The translations under genes were made by a program, and so were the position numbers. A model generated the notes under the pieces. That model saw only the letters and a program-made list of their open reading frames with translations, made no database searches and had not been told where the DNA came from. From positions 24,056,001 through 24,120,000 of the forward strand of contig NC_043014.1 of the NCBI RefSeq assembly GCF_006345805.1: a DNA stretch of 64,000 nt. The letters are read 5' to 3'. Source of the stretch: Octopus sinensis. Taxonomy: Eukaryota. Positions 1-12,976 of this stretch are shown piece after piece (within the stretch, counting starts at the first letter, position 1; every line of letters begins with the position of its first letter).

Positions 1-119
1 TTGATAAGTTATAGACAGCAAGAATTACATTTATGTGTATATGTGTGTATATGTGTGTGTGTGTGTGTGTATTTATATACTTCTTTATGCAGCTGTCCTC
101 ATCCATACACATCTGCATT

Positions 120-1180
120 TCACCCTTCGTTATAAACAAAGTAGAAGCTCTCTGAACTTTGCCCAGCCCATTCTTATTCTAGTAACTACACTTTCAGAAC
201 TACCTCCACCACTGCTAACTTGTTCTCTTAGGTAACAGAAGCTATCTACTATTTCTAATGATACCCTGAGCATTTGAAAGAGTCTATTGTCTGCCTTTTT
301 AGTGATTTATTGTATTTGCATATCTGCCACACACAAAGACTATATTCTCCGTAAACTTTCCAGTTATACCACCACACCTCTTATGTGTCCAAAACTTGCA
401 CTGAGTACAATGTATGGAGTTTCTACCAACATCTTTCGTACATATCACACAGGACCAACTCCCAGAATGCATTTGTGATTTGTCTGTTTTCCTACTTACT
501 AGCACTTTGGTTTTTGCTAAATTAACTCTGAGGCCCTTAGATTCTAGGCTTTACTTCCACACCTGAAATTTCTTCTCTATGTCAGTTAGTGATTCAGCTC
601 TAAGACAAGATCATCAGTGTAGAGGAGCTCCCAAGGACAGCTGGACTTGAATATCTCTGTTAAGGCCTGGAAGATTAAGATAAATGGGGGGGGGATGAGA
701 ACTGAGCCTTGGTGAACTCCTATTTGTACACTGAATTCATTGCTATACTCATTGCCAACCTTCACTTTACTGGCAGCATCCCTGTACATGACTTATACAG
801 CTCTCACTAACCACTCATCTATCCCTAGCTTCTGTATTGACAACCAGATAAAGGAGCTGGGGACCCTGTCAAAGGCTTTCTCCATGCTGACAAAAGCCAG
901 ATACAGAGGATTATTTTTGGCTAAATACTTCTGCTGTTGTTTAATCAGGAATATAGTATCAGTCATGCTCCTACCTGGCACAATTCCAAACTGCATCTCA
1001 TCTATGCTAACTCTCTTCCTACTTAATTGAGCTATGACCCTTTCTGTGACTTTCATCACTTGGTCAAGCAATTTGATGCCTCTGTAATATACCTGTCTTC
1101 TAGCCTCTTTTCTGGCTATCTGATACAGTTCCCTGCTACCATCACACTTCCAGTCCTTCCTCTGCCAAAGTATACAAATC
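120..1180 (-). mobile_element. Degraded RTE-clade LINE fragment (RT domain)
   Basis: Broken ORFs with QFGIVPGRS, MEKAFDRVP, GVHQGSVL, LLYTDDL and the CxxC..C..WTHKRC motif. Confidence 0.9.
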
Positions 1181-1703
1181 TCAGAAGATGCTTAGATAAG
1201 TTTTGTCTTTTCAACCTTGTTCATCTACTCTTCTATTTCAGTACAGATCATAAACCCCTTATTAGTTCTTTTCATTATTCTATCTATTTCATTACCATGT
1301 CAACATGTAAATATAGTTTCAATAGTTTCGTCTTCTTCGTTGTTGTCTTAAGATAACCTTAGTTCACACATATCCTTAACCGCAACATATTTTCATTCAT
1401 TCATCCATTCAAGTTTATCACACAGTCACTTATTTCCCTGATTTTGTCATATTGGCTGACCGAAAACTCTCAAATTTTTCAATTCTATTTTACTATTATC
1501 AACATTTGCTGTTTCATTAAATTATGCTACCCAAATCCCAAAAGAATATTTTTCTCCCTCATGTTCTGACCACCTTAACTCTGATACCCCCTCTCTCTCT
1601 CTCTATCCGCCTCACTCTGTTTCTGTCCCTCCCTCGGCCTTCCTCTGTCTCTCTGTCTCTCTCGTCCTCACTCTGTCTGTCTGTCTCTCTTTCGATTACC
1701 ACT

Positions 1704-2535
1704 TGCTCGGCTGGATGTGTAATGTCAGTGTGCATACTCGACAGAGTGTAAGTACCTTGAGAGGAAAGTTGGACCTAAGAAGCATCAGATGTGGTGTGCA
1801 AGAAAGACGACTGCGCTGGTATGGTCATGTGGCAAGAATGATTGAGGAGAGCTGTGTGAAAAAGTGCCACACCCTAGCGGTTGAGGGAACCTGTGGAAGA
1901 GGTAGACCCAGGAAGACCTGGGATGAGGTGGTGAAGCACGACCTTCGAACATTAGGCCTCACTGAGGCAATGATTAGTGAGCGAGACCTTTGGAAATATG
2001 CAGTGTGTGAGAAGACCCAGCAAGCCAAGTAAAACCATAACCTGTGGCCTATGCCAGTGGTGTAACCAGCCCACTAATGCATATCTTTCCTTTCAATGGA
2101 CACTAAACTCTGCTTGCAAAGACCCGTTGATGACTGTCGATGACTGGCACCCATGCCAGTGGAGCGCTAAGAGCACCATCTGAGCATGATCGTTGCCAAA
2201 GCAGCTGACTGGCTTTCGTGCTGGTGGCATGTAAAAAAACATTCAAGCATGATTTTGCCAGTGCTGCTGGACTGGCTCCTGTGCAAGTGGCATGTAAAAA
2301 ACACCATTTGAGCACGTGGCCGTTGCCAGTACCACCTGACTGGCCCTCATGCTGGTGGCATGTAAAAGCACCCACTACACTCTCAGAATGGTTGGCATTA
2401 GGAAGGGCATCCAGCTGTAAAAGCTCTGCCTGATCAGATTGGAGCCTGGTGCAGCCATCTGGTTTGCCAGTCCTCAGTCAAATCGTCCAACCCATGCTAG
2501 CATGGAAAGCGAACATTAAACAATGATGATGATGA
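1704..2535 (+). mobile_element. 5'-truncated RTE LINE (ORF C-terminus, 3' UTR, (GAT)n tail)
   Basis: RRLRWYGHVARM...GRGRPRKTW motif; 3' UTR with GGCAYGTAAAAGCACC units ending in (GAT)n. Confidence 0.9.
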
Positions 2536-3307
2536 TATATATTTAAATAGCATGATATAAGCATAAATATGGATGCGGTAAGTGTATATGTTTGTGTTTG
2601 TTCATATATAGTTATGGCTTTATATATGCAATTGTGTATATATTTATACACCAATGTATCTGCGACATTGAATACAGCGTAGTATATGTAAATGTTTGTA
2701 AACAAACATGAAGATGTATTTTTATCTAAATACATGAACATATAACTGTGTATTCATATGGAGATGAATATAGTGTTCTTATCATGGAAACTAAAAGATG
2801 GTTTATCCTTTAATATTTAACAACTGGAGTGCCATAAATCAGACTTTGCACTTTGTAAAAGTTCTAACTGAATTTTGTTATTTATTTATTTTCTGTTGGT
2901 CAGTTATCCTTTTTGACATTTCAAATTCTTAGAAATTTTCTAAGGTAGAATTATATACATTTTGTCTATTTGAATGGAGTCAACATGCCTAGGAAGTTTT
3001 AAAATTTATTTTGCAGAGCAAGTTTATTTCATAAATTGATTGTATTTAAATTGATGTCTAATAATGGTGAATGAACAATAATAATTTTATTGTATTGCAT
3101 GTTATATATATATTGTATATATTACATGTCTATATATGTGGTATGGAATAAAAATGTTCCTTTACTGACACAACTGTAACGTCCATTTGAATTTCTCTTT
3201 TCCTTTTTTAAATAACTATTATTATACACTCTGTGAAGCATACACTATACCTTGAATTTGCAAAGTGCTACCTTTTCTAATAAATAGCTTAACAAATATT
3301 TATTCCA

Positions 3308-3675
3308 TGCCGGTGACACGTAAAAGCACCATCCGTTTCATGGCCGTTTGCCAGCTCTATCTGGCCCCCATGTTGGTGGCACGTAAAAGCACCATCCGTT
3401 CGTGTCCGTTGCCAGCCTCGCCTGGCCCCGTGCTGGTGACACGTAAAAGCACCATCCGTTCGTGGCCGTTTGCCAGCTCTGTCTGGCACCTGTGCGGCTG
3501 GCACGTAAAAAGCACCCACTACACTCACGGAGTGGTTGGCGTTAGGAAGGGCATCCAGCCATAGAAACACTGCCAGATCTGACTGGGCCTGATGAAGCCT
3601 TCCAGCTTCACAGACCCCAGTTGAACCATCCAACCCATGCTAGCATGGAGAACGGACGCTAAACGATGATGATGA
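3308..3675 (+). mobile_element. RTE LINE 3' UTR fragment with about 60-bp tandem units
   Basis: Three units plus the start of a fourth (GGYGRCACGTAAAAGCACC), followed by the same terminal sequence as 2360-2535 and (GAT)n. Confidence 0.8.
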
Positions 3676-3744
3676 TTAACAGAGTACAATACCAGCCATA
3701 TTCCAACCCAAAGTGCTAAACCAGCCATGTTCCAACACAAAGTG

Positions 3745-3813
<69 letters not shown>

Positions 3814-3849
3814 GAGTGACCAAAGTGTATGTACGCCACTATATATATA

Positions 3850-4078
3850 TAAAAAATACAAAAATGGGACAAGAACCCAAAACATCCAGACAGATGATAC
3901 AAAAAAAAAACAAGGATGGATCATTTGGAGTTTTCTATCCTCAGTCGAGTTCCAGATTATCTTAGCAATTTTGGCTTGTTATATTCGAGATTGCTCCAAT
4001 CTGGCCAGCCCCAAGGAAAAACTAAGCTAAGAGCACTAGATAACCGTCTGGATGTTTTGCATTCTTGTCCCATTTTTG

Positions 4079-4088
<10 letters not shown>
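3850..4088. mobile_element. Small inverted-repeat element (about 40-bp terminal inverted repeats) flanked by (TA)n
   Basis: AAAATACAAAAATGGGACAAGAA...AAAACATCCAGAC at about 3852-3891 is the reverse complement of about 4046-4084. Confidence 0.6.

Positions 4089-4164
<76 letters not shown>
4084..4164. repeat. (TA)n microsatellite
   Basis: Perfect dinucleotide run. Confidence 0.95.
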
Positions 4165-4167
<3 letters not shown>

Positions 4168-4335
4168 TTCAGGAGTGGCTGTGTAGTAAGTAACTTGCTT
4201 ACCAACCATATGGTTCTGGGTTCAGTCACACTGCGTGGCACCTTGGGCAAGTGTCTTCTACTATAGCTTTGGGCCGACCAAAGCCTTGTGAGTGGATTTG
4301 GTAGATGGAAACTGAAAGAAGCCCGTCGTATATAT
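4165..4335 (+). mobile_element. tRNA-derived SINE (A/B boxes plus CORE-like ACCTTGGGCAAGT segment)
   Basis: A box-like TGGCTGTGTAG, B box-like GGTTCAGTCAC; an inverted relative lies at about 41475-41605. Confidence 0.75.
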
Positions 4336-4358
4336 GTATGTGTGTGTATATATATATA

Positions 4359-4564
4359 TATCTGTAAATGTAATATATGACAATTATTTGGCAGCCATAA
4401 TAAAACTCCGAGTTTAAGATGTCGGGACGGAAATCCACGCTGCCATCTCTTCAGTTATCCGGCAATCGGTGAAAAGATGGTAGCATGGATTTCCACCCCA
4501 ACATCCGAAACTTGGAGTTTTATTATGGCTTCCGAATAATTGTCACATATTACATTTACAGATA
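4359..4564. repeat. About 200-bp imperfect palindrome containing two degenerate hammerhead cores
   Basis: Arms 4359-4453 and about 4470-4564 are reverse complements; CTGAAGA on the minus strand of the left arm, GAAAC..GTT on the plus strand of the right arm. Confidence 0.7.
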
Positions 4565-4724
4565 AATCCCTCTATTTACATAATATTGAGGTCTCTTTCA
4601 TTCTTTTGTTGTCTTACCATTTCTATCAATATATATATATATATATATTAATTTATTATATAGAAGGAGCTTCTTTAATTGAGTACCTTATTTACTGTGG
4701 TTAACCCCGAATCAACCCGGGACC

Positions 4725-4783
<59 letters not shown>

Positions 4784-6359
4784 ATGCTGGTGTGTTTACG
4801 TCCCTGTTACTTAGCGGTGCTCCAGCATAGCCGCAGTCAAATGACTGAAACAAGTAAAAGAATAAAAGAATATACATATATATATCCTCTTGCTCACTCG
4901 CCCACAATTCTCATTTTTTCATCCCTCATAGCCTCCAACCCATCTTATTTGTTCTATTGTACTAGCAACCAGCACACATTCTCTTGAGTTAACTCTACTG
5001 TTATCCAATACTTCCTCATATCTCACTACCTCACCCTTATACCTCTTGGATGCCCTTTTGCCTTTCTTTCTCTTATTGTACTCACTGGGTCCACCCATAG
5101 TTTCCCCTTATTCCTTTCTCTCTCACACCAAACTCTCTTCACTACCTCCCCATCTAAGATGCTTTTGCAGCATCCACACTCTGCTCTTCCCCTTCTCTCT
5201 ACTTTTATAATACCCTCCAGTCTCTCTTTATTCATTGTTCTGAGTGCACTCACCCACTCCTCCCTTGCCCTCCTGCTTCATTTTTTTCTCACTACTTTCT
5301 CTCTACAGCTTCTCTGTTTCCTTAATACCTGTTCTCATATTTACCCCATCTCTCTTTTGTCTACAATACCCATAACCTCACACTTCACTATCCTCTCCAC
5401 CCCGGTATATTGCTCCCTTCCTTTCTTTCTTCCTTCCTTCCCTTTCCTTTCCTTTCCTTTCCTTTACACATTCTGTCTCTACTTGCCCTTTTCCAGTTTG
5501 TCCTCCTCTTCTCAATAACCCTTGATAATAATCCCCTCCTTTTTCCTTGCCAGAATCCCTCTCCTAATTAGTGCATACTCTAACACATGATATTCTTTCC
5601 CTTCTCACCCTATCACAATTATAAGTCTATCTCTCTCATCTTCCTGACTTTTCCTCATCACTCTGCCTAGAATCATGCCCACTTTTCTATTCTCTCTCAG
5701 TTATAGTGTCCACATTAGGCCCTTAGCCTTGCAAGTTATAAGGTAATCTTCACTAGTGCTGGCGACATAAAAAGCACCCAGTACATCTTAGTAAGGTTGT
5801 TGGCATTAGGAAACCATGCCAAAGTAGATACTGGCGCATGGTGTAGTTCTTCAACTTGTCAGATCCTTCAAACTGTCCAACCCATGCCAGCATGGAAAGC
5901 CAAGCATCAAATATTGATGATCATACACATACATACACACACACAACACACACAATATATATATCCAAACATATACATACATATCTGCCTCTTCCACCTC
6001 ATCATCATCATTTAACATCTGCTTTCCATGCTTGTGATCCTTGTAGTTGTAAAGCATTCCTCTTATCCTGTCTGCTGTACATTTCAATATTCATATGAAC
6101 AAGTTAATCAATATTAACAATGTTAGCAATATCACAATAACCAGTGTAGAGGTAATTTATAAGAACACTAACTCAAACTATTATAAATATGTGTGTTTAT
6201 GAATTCTCTCTTCTCCACCAATGATTGGGGCAAGTACTTGAAACACGGGGACTAATATCTGGAATAATCTTAATAGCTATTTAATTGAATATCAAATAAT
6301 ACTGCTTACATTGTTTCTATATATTTATAATGTCAAGCAGTGAGAATGATTCCAGTGGC

Positions 6360-7990
6360 TTCATGCAAATTGCAGCACTTCACAATTTAAAAATTCAGAT
6401 AAAACTAAAAACTTATATAGAGTAATTACTGGCACATATGACAGGCTCTTAGGGAACAGTGTCATGCAAACTATAGGCAGACTTTGCTTCATACAAACGG
6501 TAACATTAACAACAAAGCCAAACAGACAAAGTATGAGGAATGACTTTATTACTATTAAGGATAACAAGCCAAAATTTTGCCGTAATCCCAAGTGCTGCCT
6601 GATTAAACCAGTAAAATTAGAGACTGGACTGGTGAGTTACAATGTATTGAGGAAGTTAAATAATGACATAAAAAAGGGATCCTATCTTTCCTTATGATGT
6701 AATACCAGTGAAGTAATTTCATGGTTTAAGGCAAGCCAGAGTAGAGGCAGAGCAAAATTCACCCAGTTCAATAATGTGGACTATATCATCTATATCAAAA
6801 GGGTCATTAGATGGGGAACTTAATTTTACTAAGGGATATAAAGGTAACAATACACACCAGAAAAAACATGCTGTGAGATAATGGTTCCACTTTGGTCAAA
6901 CAAAACAGACCCAGAATGTTACTTCAATATGTTGCTAGGAGCATTTATCAGCATGGATATCTGTGACTTCATGGGCCTATCTATACTAGAGACCCAAGGT
7001 GAGAAATTCCTATGAATCTACTTTGGCCTATAAAGAGATAACACTTGAGCCATCTCTAAAGATATGAACAGGCACACTCTGGGCAGCTTTACAAAAGACC
7101 TGATCCACACTTTTAACTTCCTAGGACTTAAAGGTACTATAGAGACTCACTCTTGAATAGGCCACTGGTTCATACTATGGTAAAACCTACGGAAAGGCTA
7201 TCGTACATTAACACAGATTCCTGTTATATGTCTATTATGTTTAAAAACCTTGTAAAGGGTTTCAGTAGGGGGACTTCAAACCTATTCTCAAATCAATGTA
7301 TTTCTGGTACAACAGTTCCATATTACAACAAGGCTCTAGCTGGCAGCCAGTAAGTTTAAGGACTGTATTATGTGCCTAATCCTGACACTCACAAGAGAAA
7401 GTACCACTGTAGCATCCTCTTGTTTCTTCCACCTTTCTCATTCAGCATAGGAAGGGCCTTCTATTGATTAGTGGATAAGTATTTTACACAGGGCTATAGG
7501 TACAGGAAATTATTCAATAGACATAATTTAAGGGTCTCATTCAGCTAGTATAAAAAAATATTAGAGTAAGCTCCAAGGCCCTGTGCAGAGGCAGGTTGGC
7601 TAACAATGAATGCCCAGTGAATGGTCAAAGCATTGCAGTGGTCATGGTATATGAAGCAGAAGTGGTGATGTCCAACAACAGAGGAACACATACACACACA
7701 GAAGTATGTTGGCAATGGAGGGCCGCATTAGGGCCAGGTGAAATAATCACAGATCCTCTTTTAGAACCCAAGAGAGATGCAATGAAATGGTAGCTATATA
7801 TAGTGATGAAAGGAGGAAAAAACACTACAAAAATCAACTGGAGAGTGCTGGAACAACCTTGGGCATATCTGAGTGAAAATAGACATTCCAAGCTTTGCTT
7901 GGCTGAGAAGAGAATATAAAATTCATCTTATCCAAATCCTTTCTTGAACTCAAAAAGCAAAATATTTCATTTTGGCAACAAGGTCATCCC
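6360..7990 (+). mobile_element. Degraded Penelope-like element (RT plus GIY-YIG remnant)
   Basis: Fragmentary peptides FITIKDNKPKF..NPKCCLIKP, GYRYRKLFNRHNLRVSFS, ECPVNGQ, INWRVLE, LCLAEK typical of PLE ORFs; many stops and frameshifts. Confidence 0.7.
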
Positions 7991-8393
7991 CATTTTTGGA
8001 TTTTAGAACTACACACATGTACACAGTTGAAATCAGTAATGCTATAACCAGTAGTATGTTATTTGACAATATAATAATATTACATCACTATTTCTCTTTT
8101 AGAGTGTGCTCTATTTTTACTTATGGACTATTGGTGATACATATACACACGTGTGCTCACACATGCACACACCCACACACATACAATGAGATTATAGAAT
8201 ATATCTCGAATTTGTTAATTCCTTTCTTGAACCATCACTTGCCAGTAACCCAAGCCCTGATCTGGAGTTTATGATACAGGCTGCTTCTGGGACATTTCTT
8301 TGAGGGAAAAACATGCATTCTATAAGTTTGTGTGTTCGACAATCCAAACTGTCATGCCACTCAATGAAATAAACATAAAAATGTTATACACAC

Positions 8394-8474
8394 TTTGAAA
8401 TACTTTTACAATAGAGAATGTTCAGGATGCGCAACCAATTGCAGCCTTTCTGCACATATTTCATTCCTTTATCT
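8394..8474 (-). CDS. FBXL13: FBXL13 coding exon (DKGMKYVQKGCNWLRILNILYCKSIS-K); 3' boundary uncertain
   Basis: TTTCCAG acceptor at 8475-8476, phase matches the previous exon; probable donor GTGTGT at 8393. Without splicing the frame reaches TAA at 8386-8384. Confidence 0.85.
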
Positions 8475-8959
8475 CTGGAAAGACAAAAATATAGGAGAAT
8501 GATAATGTATAAAGACAAATCAAATTAAGATTTACATAAATCTTTATCATATAAATTCTTTTAGGAGCCTCCAACACAATATTACTCTATCCAATAGAAC
8601 AAATAGGTTATTATTTATATGTTTTAATACTTACCATTTCTGACATCAAAACGTACCAGAATAAATTCTAGTTTAAAGTAAGCACCAGTAGTATGCTAGA
8701 ATTAACATAATTTGCAAGGTTTTTTTCTCATAGTAAACAGACTCTATATCTAGTCATAAGATATTTAGTTATCTCTTTTCCTGTCCATTTGCCTTTTTTC
8801 TCCTGCCCCTGCGCTATATATAAATATATATACATAAAGTTGAGGGGGTTCAGAGGTGAATATACATTTATTTAACAATGTGACTTCTATAGGACCACAG
8901 CTATTTCACAAACTTTTTCATGTACTAATTAATTTCAGTGAGGTTTGTATTAATATGTA

Positions 8960-11900
8960 CAGGGGTTGGACAAAATAATGGAAACACCTAGCATCATAGC
9001 ATCATAATTTTGAAATATCTATAAAACTATCAAAAGCTTGTTACTTTTTATGTTTTTTGATTTATTATTAGTGTTGCTTAATATGTTTTGCTAAAATTGC
9101 TGTTTTTTTTCAGATATGATCAGAAAAAAGGTAATTAAAATGCATTAAAATGACAGATTTATCAGACTTTCAAAGAGGTGAAGTTGTTGGCACTTGTATG
9201 GCAGGTGCTAGCGTAACAAAAACAGCCGAAATGTTTGGTGCATCAAGAAGTACTGTCTCGAAAGTAATGGCAGCCTTTGAGAAAGACGGAAAAACTTCTT
9301 CATCAAAACAAAACTCCGGAAGAAAACCAAAACTTTCAAATAGGAACCATCGGATTCATACGTGAATGGTTAGAAAAGATCACAAAAGTACATCATCATC
9401 ATCATCATCATCGTTTAGCGTCCGTTTTCCATGCTAGCATGGGTTGGACGGTTCAACTAAGGTCTGGGAAGCCAGAAGGCTGCACCAGGCCCAGTCTCAT
9501 CTGGCAATGTTTCTACGGCTGGATGCCCTTCCTAACGCCAACCACTCTGTGAGTGTAGTGGGTGCTTTTACGTGCCACCAACACAGGTGCCAGATGAGGC
9601 TGGCAAACGGCCATGATCAGATGGTGCTTTTTACGTGCCACCGGCACAGGTGCCAGACGAGGCTGGCAAACAGCCACGATCATATGGTGCTTTTTACATG
9701 CCACTGGCACGGGGGCCAGGCAAGGCTGGCAACGACCATGATCGGATGGTGCTTTTTACGTGTCACCGGCACGAGGCCAGTGCTGGCAACGGCAACATTT
9801 GGATGGTTTTCTTACATACCACCGGCACTTGTATCACAGCTGCAATTTCCATTGATGTTGATTGATTTCGATTTTGATTTTGATTTTCACTTGCCTCAAC
9901 AGGTCTTCACAAATAAAGTTTTGTGTCCCAAGAAGGAAAGGTATGCATAAGTGGACTGGCTACATCCCAGGTAGAGGCCACAGGTTATGGTCTCACTTGT
10001 CCTGCCGGGTCTTCTCATGCACAGCATACTTCCAAAGGTCTCGGTCTCTAGTCATTTCCTCAGTGAGACCTAAAGTTTGAAGGTCATGCTTCACCACCTC
10101 GTCCCAGGTTTTCCTGGGTCTACCTCTTCCACAGGTTCCCTCAACCACTAGGGTGTGGCACTTTTTCACACAATTATCTTCATCAATTCTCGCCACATGA
10201 CCATACCAGCGCAAACATCTCTCTTGCACACCACAACTGATGCTTCTTTGGTCTAACTTTTCTCTTACACTCTGTCGAGTATGAACACTGACATTACACA
10301 TCCATCGGAGCATACTGGCTTCATTTCTTGTGAGCTTACGCATATCCTCAGCAGTCACGGCCCATGTTTCACTGCCATGTAGTATGGTTGTTCATACACA
10401 TGCGTCATACAGTCCGCCTTTTACTCTGAGCGAGAGGCCTTTTGTCACTAGCAGAGGTAAGAGCTCTCTGAACTTTGCCCAAGCTATTCTTACTCTAGCA
10501 GTTACACTTTCAGCACACCTGCCCCCGCTACTGACTTGGTCACCTAGGTAACGGAAGCTATCAACTATTTCTAGTTTTTCTCTCTGGAATGTGGCGGAAG
10601 ATGGTCTCAGAGCATTTTCAGTGTTTATTGCTCCTGAGCATCTGCCACATACAAAAACTATCTTCCTAGTTAGCCTTCCTTTGACATTGCTGCACCTCTT
10701 ATGTGTTCATAGCTTACACTTGGTGCGCCTTATAGAGTTTCTACCTACACCTTTTCTACAGATCGAGCAGGGCCATCTACCTGAAGACGTTTGTGATTTG
10801 TCTACCTTCCTACTTATTAGGACTTTGGTTTTAGCTAGGTTGACTCTAAGGCCCTTCGATTCTAATCCTTGTTTCCACACCTGAAACTTCTCCTCCAGTT
10901 CTGATAGTGACTCAGCAATTAGAGTAAGGTCATCAGCATAGAGGAGCTCCCAGGGGCATCCCGTCTTGAATTCCTCCATTATTGCCTGGAGGACTATGAT
11001 AAATAGGAGGGGGCTTAGGACTGAACCTTGGTGGACCCCTACCTCTACCCGGAATTCTTCACTATACTCGTTGCCAACCCTCACCTTACTAGCAGCGTCC
11101 CTGTACATGGCTCGCCCAGCTCTCACTAACCATTCATCTATCCCTAGTTTCCTCATTGACCACCAGATAAGGGACCGGGGGACTCTGTCAAAGGCTTTCT
11201 CCATGTCAACGAAAGCGTGGTACAGGGGCTTATCTTTGGCTAGGTATTTCCCCTGCAGCTTCCTTACCAGGAATATAGCATCAGTGGTACTCTTGCCTGG
11301 CACGAACCCAAACTGCATCTCATCTAAACTAACTCTCTCTCTAATTAGTTGGGCTATGACCCTCTCCATAACCTTCATTACCTGATCCGACAACTTGATA
11401 ACAATGTATATACACACATAATTATTTGTATCTAGGGCGTCACCTTTACCTTTGTAGCAGTTGACTATTATGCTGCTACACCAGTCATTGGGCATGACTC
11501 CTTCGTGTATCGCTTGAATAACTATACGGGTAACTAGGCTATAGCCGACACTACCAGATATTTTGAGCATCTCTGCAGTGATTCCTGATGGGCCTGGGAC
11601 TTTCCCTGTCTTTATGCTTCTAATTGCCTTAACTACCAAGGAACTGTCAACTCGGATAGCTGGTCCCCCTGTTGGGTTGACATTCGGCAGACTCTCTTTA
11701 TCCCATTCATTTCTTTATTTAGCAACCTTTCATAGTGGCGTCTCCAAACCTCTCTCTTTGCATCCTCATTTAGCGCAAGTGAACCATCATCCATGCAAAC
11801 ACATTTCTCTCCTACCACATCATGATTCTCTCTCACACACTGTCTTGCAACATGAAATTCCTCAAGTCTTTGGTCCTCACGGCGCAGAACATTGGCAAAT

Positions 11901-12976
11901 TTTTTCTTATCTGCTTCCCCTCTGGCTAAATAGACCTGTCTCCTAGCTTCCCTTTTGGCAGTCTGATACAATTCCCTGCTACCATCATTTTTCCAGTCCT
12001 TCTAAGTCTGTCTCTTTTCTCTAATAGCCCTGTCTACAACATTGTTCCACCACCACATTATTTTGGGTTGAGAGGGGACTTTGCAGCATCCACAGATCTG
12101 GTCAGTGGCTCTCAGCAGGTTGTCCCTTAGAAACCTCTACAGCTCCCAAAATTACTGCAGAGCTTAATGACCACCTCAAGAACCCAGTTTCCACAAAAAC
12201 TGTTTGCCGGGAGCTGCACAAAGCTGGATTTCATGGGAGGGCTGCAATCAGAAAACCACTACTTTCAAAAACTAATGTTGCAAAGCATTTAGAGTGGAAT
12301 AAAAACCAACAGAATTGGTCCCTAGAACAGTGAAAGAATGTTATTTTCTCAGATGAGTCATCCTTTACCTTATTTCTAACCACCAGCTGAGTATATGTGT
12401 GGAGACAGCCAAAAGAAGCATTTGACCCAGACTGCCTTCTTCCAACTGTTAAACATGGAGGAGGATCTGTGATGATCTGGGACGGTTATATCTTGGAAAT
12501 CTGCTGGTTCAATGGTTTCCTTTCATAGCAGAATCAATAGTCAAGACTGTTTAAGCATTTTATCTTATCAAATTCATCCTATGGTTGCGGAACTGTTTCC
12601 GGGGGGAAACGCAATCTTTCAGGATGATAATGCACCAATTCACAAGGCTAAAGTTGTTACTGAATGGCATGAAGAATATTCTAGTGAAGTTGAACATCTT
12701 ATCTGGCCATATAAATGTTCAATATTATTGAACATTTATGGTGCATTTTAGAAAAACAAGTTGGGAGTCAATCTCCTCCACCATTATCACTATAAGAACT
12801 GGAGACTGTTTTAGCTGAAGAATGGACAAAAATTCCTTTGGAAACAATTCAAACTTTGTACGAGTCCATACCTCATAGAATTCAAGCTGTAATTACTGCC
12901 AAAGGCACTCCTACCCCATATTAAAATAAATTTGTTTGAAATTTTAAGGTGTTTCCATTATTTTGTCCAACCCCTC
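8960..12976 (+). mobile_element. Tc1 DNA transposon (DD34E-type pseudogene) interrupted by an RTE LINE
   Basis: TIRs CAGGGGTTGGACAAAATAATGGAAACACCT (8960) and its complement (12947-12976); TA on both sides; HTH ORF 9150-9365; FSDES and FQDDNAPIH motifs at 12340-12650. Confidence 0.92.
9393..12137 (-). mobile_element. 5'-truncated RTE LINE inserted in the Tc1 element
   Basis: 310-aa RT ORF 10707..11639 (LLYADDL), C-terminal ORF 9993..10358, tandem-unit 3' UTR and (CAT)n tail on the + strand; flanking TACA duplication. Confidence 0.93.

Noticed and set aside
2780-3260. Terminal FBXL13 exon or 3' UTR of a plus-strand gene (AATAAA near 3148)
   Set aside because: No convincing acceptor plus homologous peptide; AATAAA alone is uninformative in AT-rich DNA
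3308-3520. CRISPR-like array of GGCACGTAAAAGCACC repeats (also 9560-9830, 16055-16210)
   Set aside because: The 'spacers' are homologous to each other, the array is the 3' UTR of an RTE LINE, the context is eukaryotic and there are no cas genes
4165-4240. tRNA genes in the SINE heads (also 46120-46210)
   Set aside because: They have A/B boxes but continue into SINE body sequence and lack a proper acceptor stem and terminator
4890-5700. Leu/Ser/Phe-rich membrane-like ORFs (also 43800-44430)
   Set aside because: Pyrimidine-rich low-complexity sequence next to RTE tails, with no splice or domain support
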